Shown: positions 18,269 to 26,837 of the stretch, piece by piece
Layout: the number at the start of each line of letters is the position of its first letter
Numbering within the stretch: the stretch's first letter is position 1
Origin: a virus
Lineage: Duplodnaviria; Caudoviricetes
Length of the DNA: 64,000 nucleotides
Direction: 5' to 3' (one strand)
IMG/VR virus record: IMGVR_UViG_3300032007_000028
The notes under the pieces: model-generated
What the model saw: only the letters and a program-made list of their open reading frames with translations
Database searches by the model: none
What the model was told of the DNA's origin: nothing
Program-made: the position numbers and the translations under genes

Positions 18269-18607
18269 TCATTTCAATTTTATTTCGCCAGAGTCAATCA
18301 ACTTCCTGCTCTTCACTCCGCGAAGGGTCTTTTCCTCTTCGTCGAATTCGAGCATGTCCATGCCAATTGCAGGATAGAGTCTCGGTTTGCCATTCTCGAC
18401 GTCGACTCGTACGTCGTTCAGATACAGAAAGTCCCCACAGTCAATCGTGACGTCGTCGTTTGTGACGATGGACATCATCGAGTATTCGCGCTTGTTAAGC
18501 TTGACGGTCGCAGACTTTTCGTCCGTAACGATGTATGCGTGACCGAAGTACGTTTTGTTCTTGTTTTTTGAAACTATCTTCTCTTCTCTCATACGTCTTG
18601 ACCTCAA
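18269..18607 (-). CDS. Hypothetical protein
   Basis: 112 aa ORF; start uncertain. Confidence 0.5.
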   Translation of the reverse strand: MRSRRMREEKIVSKNKNKTYFGHAYIVTDEKSATVKLNKREYSMMSIVTNDDVTIDCGDFLYLNDVRVDVENGKPRLYPAIGMDMLEFDEEEKTLRGVKSRKLIDSGEIKLK

Positions 18608-19074
18608 TAACTGTCGTAGAATTCCAACTCGTACGACTCTTTGTCGTCAACGGTCTTCAGGAACCAGAGAAGTTCGAACGCATACGTCAAATCGGACCAA
18701 TATTTGTCGCAGATACCGGCGTCGTCGTATTCCCATTCGCAAGTGTCATCAGCCCACTTGTAACTGCTGTCCCATTCCCAAATGGATTCACCAGAGTTCT
18801 TCCACGTTAAGCCTCGATACACCTGTTCGCGAAGATGGTCGAGAATCTTCTCAAACACTTCGAGACTGATGTGATATTTGTAGTCGTTTTCGTCTTCGAA
18901 GCACTGATTTTCTGCGAGAACGTCGAGGATTGCACCGCGAACGTTCCAACATTTGCGCCAGTAGAGAACGTCGTAGCTTCCCTCGCTGTAGGATTCAAAA
19001 GCCGTTTTCAACTTCTCAGGAAGATTGAGTTTGTTGTCTTTGATTTTCAACATGATTCCGTTGTCGAGTCCCAT
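18604..19074 (-). CDS. Conserved phage hypothetical protein (MGLD...YWRK type)
   Basis: MGLDNGI...YWRKCWNVR...FYDSY. Confidence 0.65.
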   Translation of the reverse strand: MGLDNGIMLKIKDNKLNLPEKLKTAFESYSEGSYDVLYWRKCWNVRGAILDVLAENQCFEDENDYKYHISLEVFEKILDHLREQVYRGLTWKNSGESIWEWDSSYKWADDTCEWEYDDAGICDKYWSDLTYAFELLWFLKTVDDKESYELEFYDSY

Positions 19075-19093
19075 AAGAATTCCTTTCGTTATC

Positions 19094-19339
19094 TCACTTT
19101 CTCGTCTTCAAGCCCATAATCATGTAAAGCAACGCGAACGTCGCACCTAGACTTGAGAACGAGCCAAGTACTGTAATAAGCGTGGCGATGTTCTCATTCA
19201 TCAATCCCTTGTCAAACGAGACGGATGCGTAAGCGAGTGAGAACAAAGACGCAAACACTATCGCAACGAGAGAGATGGCGATAGTGAGCGGTGTCTTGCT
19301 CTTTATGATTACTTGTGCTCGGAGATGCGTTCGAACCAA
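19094..19339 (-). CDS. Small two-TM membrane protein
   Basis: Two hydrophobic segments; start uncertain. Confidence 0.45.
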   Translation of the reverse strand: MVRTHLRAQVIIKSKTPLTIAISLVAIVFASLFSLAYASVSFDKGLMNENIATLITVLGSFSSLGATFALLYMIMGLKTRK

Positions 19340-19581
19340 GCCTTCTTCTCTGCGATTGTCTTCAACTTGCAGAAATCCGCCCAGTCGAGGTCATTCGCGC
19401 TTTTGCGACCTCTGTCGATGCACGCCATGCGCCAGCTTTCTTTGTCGTTGTACTTATCGAGAACGCCAGCTTTCGCGAATTCCATGGACAGAACTTTCCC
19501 GTACTCAGCGAATTGATGGCGCTTGGGTCCGTGAGATTTGTGCGGACCACCAGACGCTCCGCTTCTTTTTGCTTTTGCCAT
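19309..19581 (-). CDS. Small basic hypothetical protein
   Basis: 90 aa, Lys/Arg/Gly-rich N-terminus. Confidence 0.6.
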   Translation of the reverse strand: MAKAKRSGASGGPHKSHGPKRHQFAEYGKVLSMEFAKAGVLDKYNDKESWRMACIDRGRKSANDLDWADFCKLKTIAEKKAWFERISEHK

Positions 19582-19607
19582 CTTTTTTGCCCTTTCTTTC
19601 TGTATTG

Positions 19608-19681
19608 TGGTGGACCCTGGGAGAATCGAACTCCCGACTCAAGCGTGCAAAGCTAGTGTTATCCCCCTTAACCAAGGGCCC
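19608..19681 (-). tRNA. tRNA-Ala(UGC)
   Basis: G3-U70 pair, loop TT-TGC-AC, CCA. Confidence 0.9.
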
Positions 19682-19684
19682 AAT

Positions 19685-19868
19685 TTGATGAGCGTTCTTC
19701 GATACGAGCCGAGTAGACGGTCGTCATCCGTCAAGTGCTGACTGGGCACACCACATGTTCCTCGTCGCGTCGATACGCTCTGGGTTTGAGATTTACGACC
19801 TCGTTTTTCCTATCTTCTACGACGGGAGGCAATCTCCGTTTCGCGAAACGTTATCGTTTCGACAGCCA
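19685..19868 (-). ncRNA. Candidate ~180-nt structured RNA between tRNA-Gly and tRNA-Ala
   Basis: Stems CGAAACG/CGTTTCG, GGAG/CTCC, GAGGT/ATCTC, GACGG/CCGTC, long-range GAGCGT/ACGCTC. Confidence 0.45.
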
Positions 19869-19869
19869 C

Positions 19870-19943
19870 TGGAGCAGAATGTGGGAATCGAACCCACGTA
19901 ATCAGTTTGGAAGACTGAGATTCTACCGTTGAATCAATTCTGC
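19870..19943 (-). tRNA. tRNA-Gly(UCC)
   Basis: Cloverleaf, loop CT-TCC-AA, U73, CCA. Confidence 0.92.
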
Positions 19944-20113
19944 GTGTTTGCTCGTCACTTGCTCATGTAGTAGCCGTAGAGCTTTGTCATCTGTTCGTTT
20001 TTGACGAACGCGTCGATGATGTGACGAACCATGTTCTTGAGAACATACATATATTATACACCCCCTTGCGAATGACTGCGCATAATCTGGTCGTTTTGCG
20101 CTGGGGGTTATGG

Positions 20114-20347
20114 CTACTTCGCTTCTTTCTTCTTTTCGCGACACTTACGTGTACGTGCGTTGGACTTGTCTTGAATCTCGCGAAGACGGGCGTTCTTGCG
20201 AGACAGTTCGGCTGTAAGAGCGATGATTTCTGAGTTCATTCTGTCAGTCATCGCTTTGTACGTGAGTTCCATGTGCTCGTACTTCTTTTTGAGTTCTTCG
20301 AGTTCCTTCGTGAGTTGCTCGATTTTTCTCTGCTTCATTCCAAACAT
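20114..20347 (-). CDS. Small coiled-coil protein
   Basis: 77 aa, heptad pattern, GAAAGGA RBS. Confidence 0.6.
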   Translation of the reverse strand: MFGMKQRKIEQLTKELEELKKKYEHMELTYKAMTDRMNSEIIALTAELSRKNARLREIQDKSNARTRKCREKKKEAK

Positions 20348-20373
20348 ATTCGTGTTCCTTTCTTTTTATGATT

Positions 20374-20449
20374 TGGTGCCCTTTGACGGGCTCGAACCGC
20401 CGACCCTCTCGATGTAGGCGAGATGCTCTCCCAACTGAGCTAAAAGGGC
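20374..20449 (-). tRNA. tRNA-Val(UAC)
   Basis: Cloverleaf, loop CC-TAC-AT (C33 in place of U33), CCA. Confidence 0.85.
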
Positions 20450-20456
20450 TGGTTTT

Positions 20457-20849
20457 CTACTTCTTTGCTTCGGCAATCTCGTTTTTGTACTTGACGAAGT
20501 CCTCGTCAAGCAACAACATCGCTTTGTCGATTTCGAGAACGAGATTCAATGCTTTCTTCTTGATGTCTTGAAACATCGTTTTGAACTCACGGTTACCCAT
20601 GCATTGCCCACGTCTCGAAGCGAGCGCGACGCCTTTGATTAGATTGTACTCGTCATCATCTGAACAAGTCGACTTTCCAGTCGTTCTGACTTTGTTCAAA
20701 GATACCAGTTTGAAGTATGCGTCAACTAGATTTTTGTACGCATCTTGCACAGCGCAATGATAACTAAACTTAGTTACGCCCTTGACGATGGTCATTTTGC
20801 CACTTTTGATGCGGTCCGTTTCGAAATACGAAATAGGCTTTCTCGCCAT
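20457..20849 (-). CDS. Conserved phage hypothetical protein
   Basis: GKSTCSDDDEYNLIKGVALA motif; start corrected to MARKP. Confidence 0.6.
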   Translation of the reverse strand: MARKPISYFETDRIKSGKMTIVKGVTKFSYHCAVQDAYKNLVDAYFKLVSLNKVRTTGKSTCSDDDEYNLIKGVALASRRGQCMGNREFKTMFQDIKKKALNLVLEIDKAMLLLDEDFVKYKNEIAEAKK

Positions 20850-20920
20850 ATTCAATGTTCCTTTCCGCTTACGTCTGAATACGACGAAGCACATCGAAGA
20901 CGATGAAGTTGATTTTGTTT

Positions 20921-20996
20921 TGGTGCCTACTGAGAGAATCGAACTCCCAACCTACGGTTTACGATACCGTTGCTCTGCCAATTGAGCTAAGTGGGC
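20921..20996 (-). tRNA. tRNA-Thr(CGU)
   Basis: Cloverleaf, loop AT-CGT-AA, CCA. Confidence 0.88.
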
Positions 20997-21024
20997 GACT
21001 GCGATTTTGTAACCGCTTACATGG

Positions 21025-21100
21025 TGGTTGCAGATGACGGGGTCGAACCGTCTTCCTTCGAATTTTTGCATTCGACGAACTTCCGAAGTTCCCATCCGCA
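21025..21100 (-). ncRNA. tRNA-like RNA with 8-nt non-canonical anticodon loop, ends ACCACCA
   Basis: Acceptor TGCGGAT/ATCTGCA, D arm GAAC/GTTC, arm TCGAA[TGCAAAAA]TTCGA, T arm GACGG-TTCGACC-CCGTC. Confidence 0.7.
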
Positions 21101-21146
21101 ATATGGCTCAACTGTTTTTGCGAAGGTAGTTGACACCTCGACGACG

Positions 21147-21365
21147 TTAGATTCTGCTGATGTAGAAGTTCACGCCGTTAGTGCAACGATAGGTCTTGTA
21201 ATGCTTGTCGTCGTAGATTTCCACGACGCTGATGTGATTCTTCTTGAGAGATTTGTACATCTCCCTTTCAGCATCGCGTCTTGTGAGGAATTCCCTCGAC
21301 TTGAATTTGAGACCCGTCGAAGCGAGCGAGTAACGATGGTTACCCATGAGAAGTGTGTTGAACAT
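21147..21365 (-). CDS. Hypothetical protein
   Basis: 72 aa, GGAGG RBS, structured leader. Confidence 0.6.
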   Translation of the reverse strand: MFNTLLMGNHRYSLASTGLKFKSREFLTRRDAEREMYKSLKKNHISVVEIYDDKHYKTYRCTNGVNFYISRI

Positions 21366-21515
21366 ATTCAGTTCCCTCCAAGTAGTTTTTAACAGGGGTC
21401 ATTTCGGACCCCGCTTGGAGACACACCTCAGAATGATGCGAGTGCATCAGTCTCAGAGCATATTATACAACCATCGTCGACACGCAAGCGAACATTTTCG
21501 CTTACGAGCACTAAT

Positions 21516-21692
21516 TTAGCACTGTTCCAAAGCGAGTTCGGCCATATCCAACAGCGAATTGGCTAGAGCGATTGTCTTCGCCGTCTGCTTCAAAGACACT
21601 TTACCAGATTCGAACAGTTTAGATGCGCAATTCAACATGCTTTCCGCCTTTTTCGTGAGCATAAGTGCGCGTTTCGCGTTTTCGTAGTTCAT
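21516..21692 (-). CDS. Small helical protein (58 aa, below ORF-track cutoff)
   Basis: MNYENAKRALML...ALEQC*, AAGGAG RBS, overlaps stop of FtsH-like gene. Confidence 0.55.
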   Translation of the reverse strand: MNYENAKRALMLTKKAESMLNCASKLFESGKVSLKQTAKTIALANSLLDMAELALEQC

Positions 21693-23080
21693 AATTCAAT
21701 CTCCTTGAGCATGTCGATGTCAACTTTCTTCAGTTTTTTGTTCAACTCCTTTTTGTGCGAGTGGTAGAACGAGATGGCGCCAATCAGTTCGTCTTTCGAC
21801 AGTGAATCGTTGTTGATAAGCGCACGATATACCATATATTTACAGAGGTTTCTGCGTTTCTTGATGATTTTGATTGCACGTTTGAACTGTGCATTCATCA
21901 GTTTTTGATACCCTTTGTCCCTCAGGGTTCTCGTATACTCGGAACTTGAACCAAGAGACGTGGGCGAAATGCCGCCGAAATCGAGCATGCCACAGTTGAC
22001 GAGCGCCATAAACATGTCGATTGTGTTTTCCAAGTCACCACTCGAACCAGTCGACGTCGCACCAAGAAACACGCGTTCGCTTGCCATGCCACCAAGTGAG
22101 ATGCACATGTCGTCGAGGAGTTCCTGCTTCGTATAGACATTGGTGGATTCGTCTTTGGGGAAGTCATCGTCGTCGAAGAAGGGGTTTCTGTCGTAATCAC
22201 GTTCGAACTTGGTGAACCCATTGGTGTCCCCATAGCGAATGGCGGAAATCGAACCACAGTTGCCATTGAGACTCGCGCTGACGATTGCGTGACCGACTTC
22301 GTGAATGAGCACCTTAGTCGCGTTGGACTTATTCTTCCAGCGTTTACCAATCGTCTCGAAGTTCATTTCGTTGATGAGTTTTTCGAAATCCTCAACGCAG
22401 ATTTTTTCTTTGGAGTCGACGTACTCGATGAGCGCGTTGTTGATGAGCGTGCTGATGTCTGCACCAGACATGCCAGCCAACTTGACCGCAAGGCTCGTGA
22501 CGTTCAACTCGTCGAACGTCTTGAAGCCCTTGATGTAGTATTTGATGATTTCCTCACGCGAATGCAAATCGGGCAAGTCGACCTTGATTTTCTTGTCGAA
22601 GCGACCACTTCTCGTCAACGACGACGGAATGTCTTGGTAGTTGTTCGTCGACGCGATAATCATCACACCGCCATGAGACTCGTACCCATCCAGTTTCGTG
22701 AGCAAGAACTTAAGAACCTGTTTGGACAAGTCGCTTTCGAAGTGCGAAGACGTTACGAGTTCCGCGATTTCGTCGATGTACACAATCGAAGGGGTCGACT
22801 TTTCAGCGTCTGCGAACGTTTTTTGAAGACCTTTGAGAACCTGCGTCTCGTCGTCACCCGATTCGAAATAGTGAAAGGGGATTCCACACTCTTTTGACAA
22901 AGCTGACGCCATGAGCGTTTTGCCACATCCAGGCGGGCCCTGCAGAATGAGGCCTCGTGGCAAACGAATGCCCCTCTTCTCATACTTGTCATAGTTCTTG
23001 AACAGATTGATTAGTTTGCGCAACTCGTCTTTTTCGGCTTCGTAGCCTGCGATTGAGTTCATGCCAATTTTTCTTTTCAT
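21689..23080 (-). CDS. FtsH-like AAA+ / M41 zinc metalloprotease lacking membrane anchor
   Basis: GPPGCGKT, IYIDE, SLTRSGRFD, HEVGH, LGGMASE, GSSGD. Confidence 0.9.
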   Translation of the reverse strand: MKRKIGMNSIAGYEAEKDELRKLINLFKNYDKYEKRGIRLPRGLILQGPPGCGKTLMASALSKECGIPFHYFESGDDETQVLKGLQKTFADAEKSTPSIVYIDEIAELVTSSHFESDLSKQVLKFLLTKLDGYESHGGVMIIASTNNYQDIPSSLTRSGRFDKKIKVDLPDLHSREEIIKYYIKGFKTFDELNVTSLAVKLAGMSGADISTLINNALIEYVDSKEKICVEDFEKLINEMNFETIGKRWKNKSNATKVLIHEVGHAIVSASLNGNCGSISAIRYGDTNGFTKFERDYDRNPFFDDDDFPKDESTNVYTKQELLDDMCISLGGMASERVFLGATSTGSSGDLENTIDMFMALVNCGMLDFGGISPTSLGSSSEYTRTLRDKGYQKLMNAQFKRAIKIIKKRRNLCKYMVYRALINNDSLSKDELIGAISFYHSHKKELNKKLKKVDIDMLKEIEL

Positions 23081-23088
23081 ATCGATGC

Positions 23089-23664
23089 TTATCTCCCTTG
23101 TTTAGTTATCTCGATGTATCTGTCGTTCATGTACTGCGACCATCCGCTGTACGATTCGTCTCTGCTGTCGATGACGAACTTACCCGTCTCCTCGTGGGCC
23201 TTGCTACGTCTGGCGCAATCGAAGAACATATCTCTCGTCGTGTTGTTGACAAGCAACGTGTTTATGTTGCATTCGTCGATGCGTTTCGTCTTTCTATAGG
23301 CCACGCGAATCGTGTGCTTCTCTGGGTCTCGAAGCAATACGCTCGTCCCAGGCACTTCGTCGAAGTTCGCTTTGTACTTGACGTTCGTGTCTATGAAGCC
23401 CTTGACGGTGTTCGCGTGATGCTTGTGCGCTATCGCCTTGAACGTTTTGTCGGCATCGTCGTTCGCAACGTAGAACACATTGATTGAACCGTCTTCCTTC
23501 ACGATGCATTTCGAAGAAAAAAGCAAAGACAGCACTTCGTCGGAATTCATATTCAGGAACGAATACGACTCCACTTCGCACACATCTTCGCTGTTTGTGA
23601 TTTTGATGATGTTTCCTTTTACCCGTCTGACAATCATTTGTGATTCCTCGATGACATTATACAA
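23089..23664 (-). CDS. Hypothetical protein
   Basis: 191 aa ORF; likely start at MIVRR. Confidence 0.55.
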   Translation of the reverse strand: MYNVIEESQMIVRRVKGNIIKITNSEDVCEVESYSFLNMNSDEVLSLLFSSKCIVKEDGSINVFYVANDDADKTFKAIAHKHHANTVKGFIDTNVKYKANFDEVPGTSVLLRDPEKHTIRVAYRKTKRIDECNINTLLVNNTTRDMFFDCARRSKAHEETGKFVIDSRDESYSGWSQYMNDRYIEITKQGR

Positions 23665-23680
23665 TCGAGGTCATACTGTG

Positions 23681-23914
23681 TCAACGAGTTTTGGAAAGTT
23701 CTTCTTTTCTTTTTCTTTCCGCGTCCCACACAAGAGAAGACGTGATGTCGCCATTCGCGAGTATGCGACCATAGAAATCGACGGTCACGTTCCTGTCTTT
23801 CTTGAACGTGCCCAATATCTTTCCGTATCTGTCATGCGCAGTCACGTCGCCTCTGGCGTCTACGTCTGTGTAGCCAACGACTGCTCCATAGAAGTCCTTT
23901 ATGTTGTTTCTCAT
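23681..23914 (-). CDS. Small beta-hairpin repeat protein
   Basis: Repeats DFYGAVVG / DRYGKILG / DFYGRILA; GGAGG RBS. Confidence 0.6.
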   Translation of the reverse strand: MRNNIKDFYGAVVGYTDVDARGDVTAHDRYGKILGTFKKDRNVTVDFYGRILANGDITSSLVWDAERKRKEELSKTR

Positions 23915-23952
23915 TCGCATTCCTCCAAATTGTTGCGACACTGTCACGACTT

Positions 23953-24327
23953 TTACATGCTTCTCGTTTGTTCTTGCCAATATCTGCGTAAGTCTGGCGT
24001 CAGCGCCAAAGCCTCTTCTTCCGAGATGTTCTGAACGTCGAACAGATTCCCGTCTTTTGGATTGAGGAAGTCGCGTATTTCCTTGCACAGCATCTTATCG
24101 CTGGATTGCGCTTTCAAATAAGTATAAGAGAAGACTGTACCTATGTGGTCTTCGTCGTCGAGAGGACCGAATTTGAGAATGTGACACGAGCCAGCGATTG
24201 TGCGAATCAGCATGAACTTCGAGAATCCATAATCGTCTGTTGCCCGTATCGTCGCATTGTATAGGTCGTCGACTTCGAAGTCAGCGTCGTACGTTACGCT
24301 TTTCCTATATTCGAATTTCTTTCGCAT
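23953..24327 (-). CDS. Hypothetical protein
   Basis: 124 aa ORF. Confidence 0.55.
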   Translation of the reverse strand: MRKKFEYRKSVTYDADFEVDDLYNATIRATDDYGFSKFMLIRTIAGSCHILKFGPLDDEDHIGTVFSYTYLKAQSSDKMLCKEIRDFLNPKDGNLFDVQNISEEEALALTPDLRRYWQEQTRSM

Positions 24328-25010
24328 TCTTTCTTCTTGTATTCAGCGACTTTGCGCTTCTCTTCTTCGGTCAACGGAATCGTCTCAATCATGCCAGCCA
24401 TGTATCTCTGCGAGAACTCCAACGCATTGCCCATCTTCTTGGCTTCGGGGTCACTTTCGTATTTCTCGACATCGAACTTGTGAATGTTCTTGAGTGTCTG
24501 CAGATACATCGCGATGATGGTCTGTTTCTCGTCTTCGTCGAGGTCGTCGTAGCCTTCGAGAATCTCCATGCCGATATCTTCGAGCAACGTTCCGTCGATG
24601 AGCTGAATCATCTGCTGAAGCCACATGGATGCGACTCCCTCGAACGCGTTGTGCTCGGTCTTGCCCGTGGGGGTTTGATAGATGACCTGCACGCTGTCGC
24701 TTCTCGGCACGAGATACTCGGTGTCTCCTGACTGCAGTGGTTGCTTCTCTCGACTCAAACGGGCACTCAGTTCAAGTTCCACGACGGGGTTTATCAGCGT
24801 TCGAATGTCACCATCGGAGAATTTAAGGCAGACGATTCTCGCGTCTTCGCCAATTTGAGGGGCGCAAATCGCGCAAAGCGATTCGTTTTTGCGTAGTTCT
24901 TCTTTCATTTCGTTGATGATTCTCTTGGCGTTCTTCTCGCCTTCTGCGGTCGATAGGTCCACTTCTAGTGCGCGTTTTCTCAATTGATTTTTTGACAATA
25001 CAGGCTTCAT
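24294..25010 (-). CDS. Peptide deformylase homologue with degenerate active site
   Basis: PDF-like sequence (LRKRA.EV, APQIG, LINP, V.R...V.V.YQ..G) but CAICAPQ, EKQPL and QQMIQL replace GxGxAAxQ, EGCLS, HExxH. Confidence 0.75.
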   Translation of the reverse strand: MKPVLSKNQLRKRALEVDLSTAEGEKNAKRIINEMKEELRKNESLCAICAPQIGEDARIVCLKFSDGDIRTLINPVVELELSARLSREKQPLQSGDTEYLVPRSDSVQVIYQTPTGKTEHNAFEGVASMWLQQMIQLIDGTLLEDIGMEILEGYDDLDEDEKQTIIAMYLQTLKNIHKFDVEKYESDPEAKKMGNALEFSQRYMAGMIETIPLTEEEKRKVAEYKKKECERNSNIGKA

Positions 25011-25282
25011 TCCTTTGCCTCCGAAATCTCTACAGCATAGTATTCTTCGCCAAAGTCGGACTTCAGCGTAACGTCGAATTCGTCTGACAGATAGACGAGG
25101 GTGGAACCTTCTGTACCCAAATCGATTCCTTCTGGGTCGAGGTCCAGATTCTCGTTCTTGTCAAGTCTGGAATACATTCTCGCGAACTCGTTAGAGTCTT
25201 CCAACTGAATGACGTAAACGTCGTCGTAATACTTGCCTTCTTTGTCTATGCCTAAGGTCTTTGCGAATTCGTCTGGTCTCAT
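25007..25282 (-). CDS. Hypothetical acidic protein
   Basis: 91 aa coupled ORF. Confidence 0.6.
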   Translation of the reverse strand: MRPDEFAKTLGIDKEGKYYDDVYVIQLEDSNEFARMYSRLDKNENLDLDPEGIDLGTEGSTLVYLSDEFDVTLKSDFGEEYYAVEISEAKE

Positions 25283-25629
25283 ATTCGTGCCTCCTCGACG
25301 AGTTTCTTGAAGTCAGCAAGCGCGTCTTTCGACTCATCTAGAATAGCTTCTTTCGAGGAGCCTTGAAGATAGTCGTACCACTTCTGATTGACCTTCTCTT
25401 CCTTAATCTGCTTCTCTTTGCGCTTGGGCTTGTTCAGCAAGAACATTATGTACGCGATTCTCGTATAGTTCGCTTTCACGATATCGAGTTCGCTGTTCGC
25501 TTCGTCCAGTTGGGCCTTGGTTATCTTGCCCTGCTTGAACAGCAAGTCGAATTCCTTTGCCGTCTTCTCGGCTTCTGTCATCACCTGCTGTTGTTGCAGA
25601 AAGTAATCTACTACATCCTTTCTAGCCAT
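25279..25629 (-). CDS. Hypothetical helical protein
   Basis: 116 aa coupled ORF. Confidence 0.6.
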   Translation of the reverse strand: MARKDVVDYFLQQQQVMTEAEKTAKEFDLLFKQGKITKAQLDEANSELDIVKANYTRIAYIMFLLNKPKRKEKQIKEEKVNQKWYDYLQGSSKEAILDESKDALADFKKLVEEARI

Positions 25630-25643
25630 GTTCGTACCTCTCT

Positions 25644-26837
25644 TTAAATGATATCAAGATTGATGCTGTGGTTGATGAGGTTGTCTTCATCGAATATCAG
25701 CAACGTTTGGGCAGGCTTCGTGTATTTGCGAATGCTCTCTGCGTATTGGTCTGTTCCGCAAACGCTTCCGTTGGTTAGGACCCGCATGTTCTGGAAGTGC
25801 TTGGCGCGCTCTTCATGAAAGTGGCCCAACAATACGTAATGTATATATTCGCCAGTCGCGCCAATGAAATCTTGAAACGAATGATTCGGTTTATTGAGAT
25901 GACCGTGGGCGAACATCACGAGTTTTCCGTTCATCAGTCTGAACTTGCCCATCGAGATAGTTAAATTGTCGTGGGCGAATTCGATGTTCGTGTCTCTCAA
26001 ACGTTCTTCGAGATACCAATCGATGAGTCTGAAGAAGTTCTCCTTCTCGATGCTTTCGTTCTTGTTGGGAAGAATACGAGAATGGTTATCGGAACAACTA
26101 CGATACACAACGACGGGTGCGGCCTTCTGAAGTTCGTTCAGCGCCTTTGAGACAAGTTCGCTTGCTTGCATGACCTGTGTGATGACGTCGAATTCCTGCT
26201 CTACGCGAATCGTCGTGTGAATGTCGCCGTGAATCAGGTCGCCAAGATTGACGACGTTTAGTTTGACGACGTCGTTCGCCTTGCAGTACTTGATTACGTC
26301 TTTGACCCATTTGTCGAGTCTCTTGGTCGCGATTTCAAGATTGTACTTATTGCAGTATTCGTCGATGCACATGCCTATATGCAAATCGCTTAACAAGGCA
26401 ATCGCTTCTGCTCTCGATTCGCCAACGTATCCCTGATACTTGCATTGAGGAAGGGCTTTTAACTCTTCTACGGCAAGCACTATCGAATCACGCAAACGCT
26501 CGACGCGGGCTTCGTCGCGAAGCTGTCTGTTGAGAGTCGTGCGCTCGTCGCGAAGACGCTGACGCTCTTTGTACAGTTCGTGCATTTCGTTCACAGACTG
26601 AGGCAACGTATCGACTTCGACGTTTATTTTGTTGGCCTTCATATATCTTTTTATTAACGCGCGATATGACTCCGCAGTATTTGGATAACAAGTAGTCACA
26701 GTCAGCCATTCCCAATTGCGTTCGTTCTGAGGCAATTCGCGATGCATGACGCCAAGCGTGATGTAGTCGTCATGAGTCAGTTCGCCATTCGCGCTGAGAA
26801 GTTCGTTGTATTTTTCGATTATTTCATTTCTGGTCAT
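25644..26837 (-). CDS. Metallophosphoesterase with N-terminal coiled coil
   Basis: SDLHIG, LGDLIHG, DNHSR, AHGH, GHFH. Confidence 0.85.
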   Translation of the reverse strand: MTRNEIIEKYNELLSANGELTHDDYITLGVMHRELPQNERNWEWLTVTTCYPNTAESYRALIKRYMKANKINVEVDTLPQSVNEMHELYKERQRLRDERTTLNRQLRDEARVERLRDSIVLAVEELKALPQCKYQGYVGESRAEAIALLSDLHIGMCIDEYCNKYNLEIATKRLDKWVKDVIKYCKANDVVKLNVVNLGDLIHGDIHTTIRVEQEFDVITQVMQASELVSKALNELQKAAPVVVYRSCSDNHSRILPNKNESIEKENFFRLIDWYLEERLRDTNIEFAHDNLTISMGKFRLMNGKLVMFAHGHLNKPNHSFQDFIGATGEYIHYVLLGHFHEERAKHFQNMRVLTNGSVCGTDQYAESIRKYTKPAQTLLIFDEDNLINHSINLDII

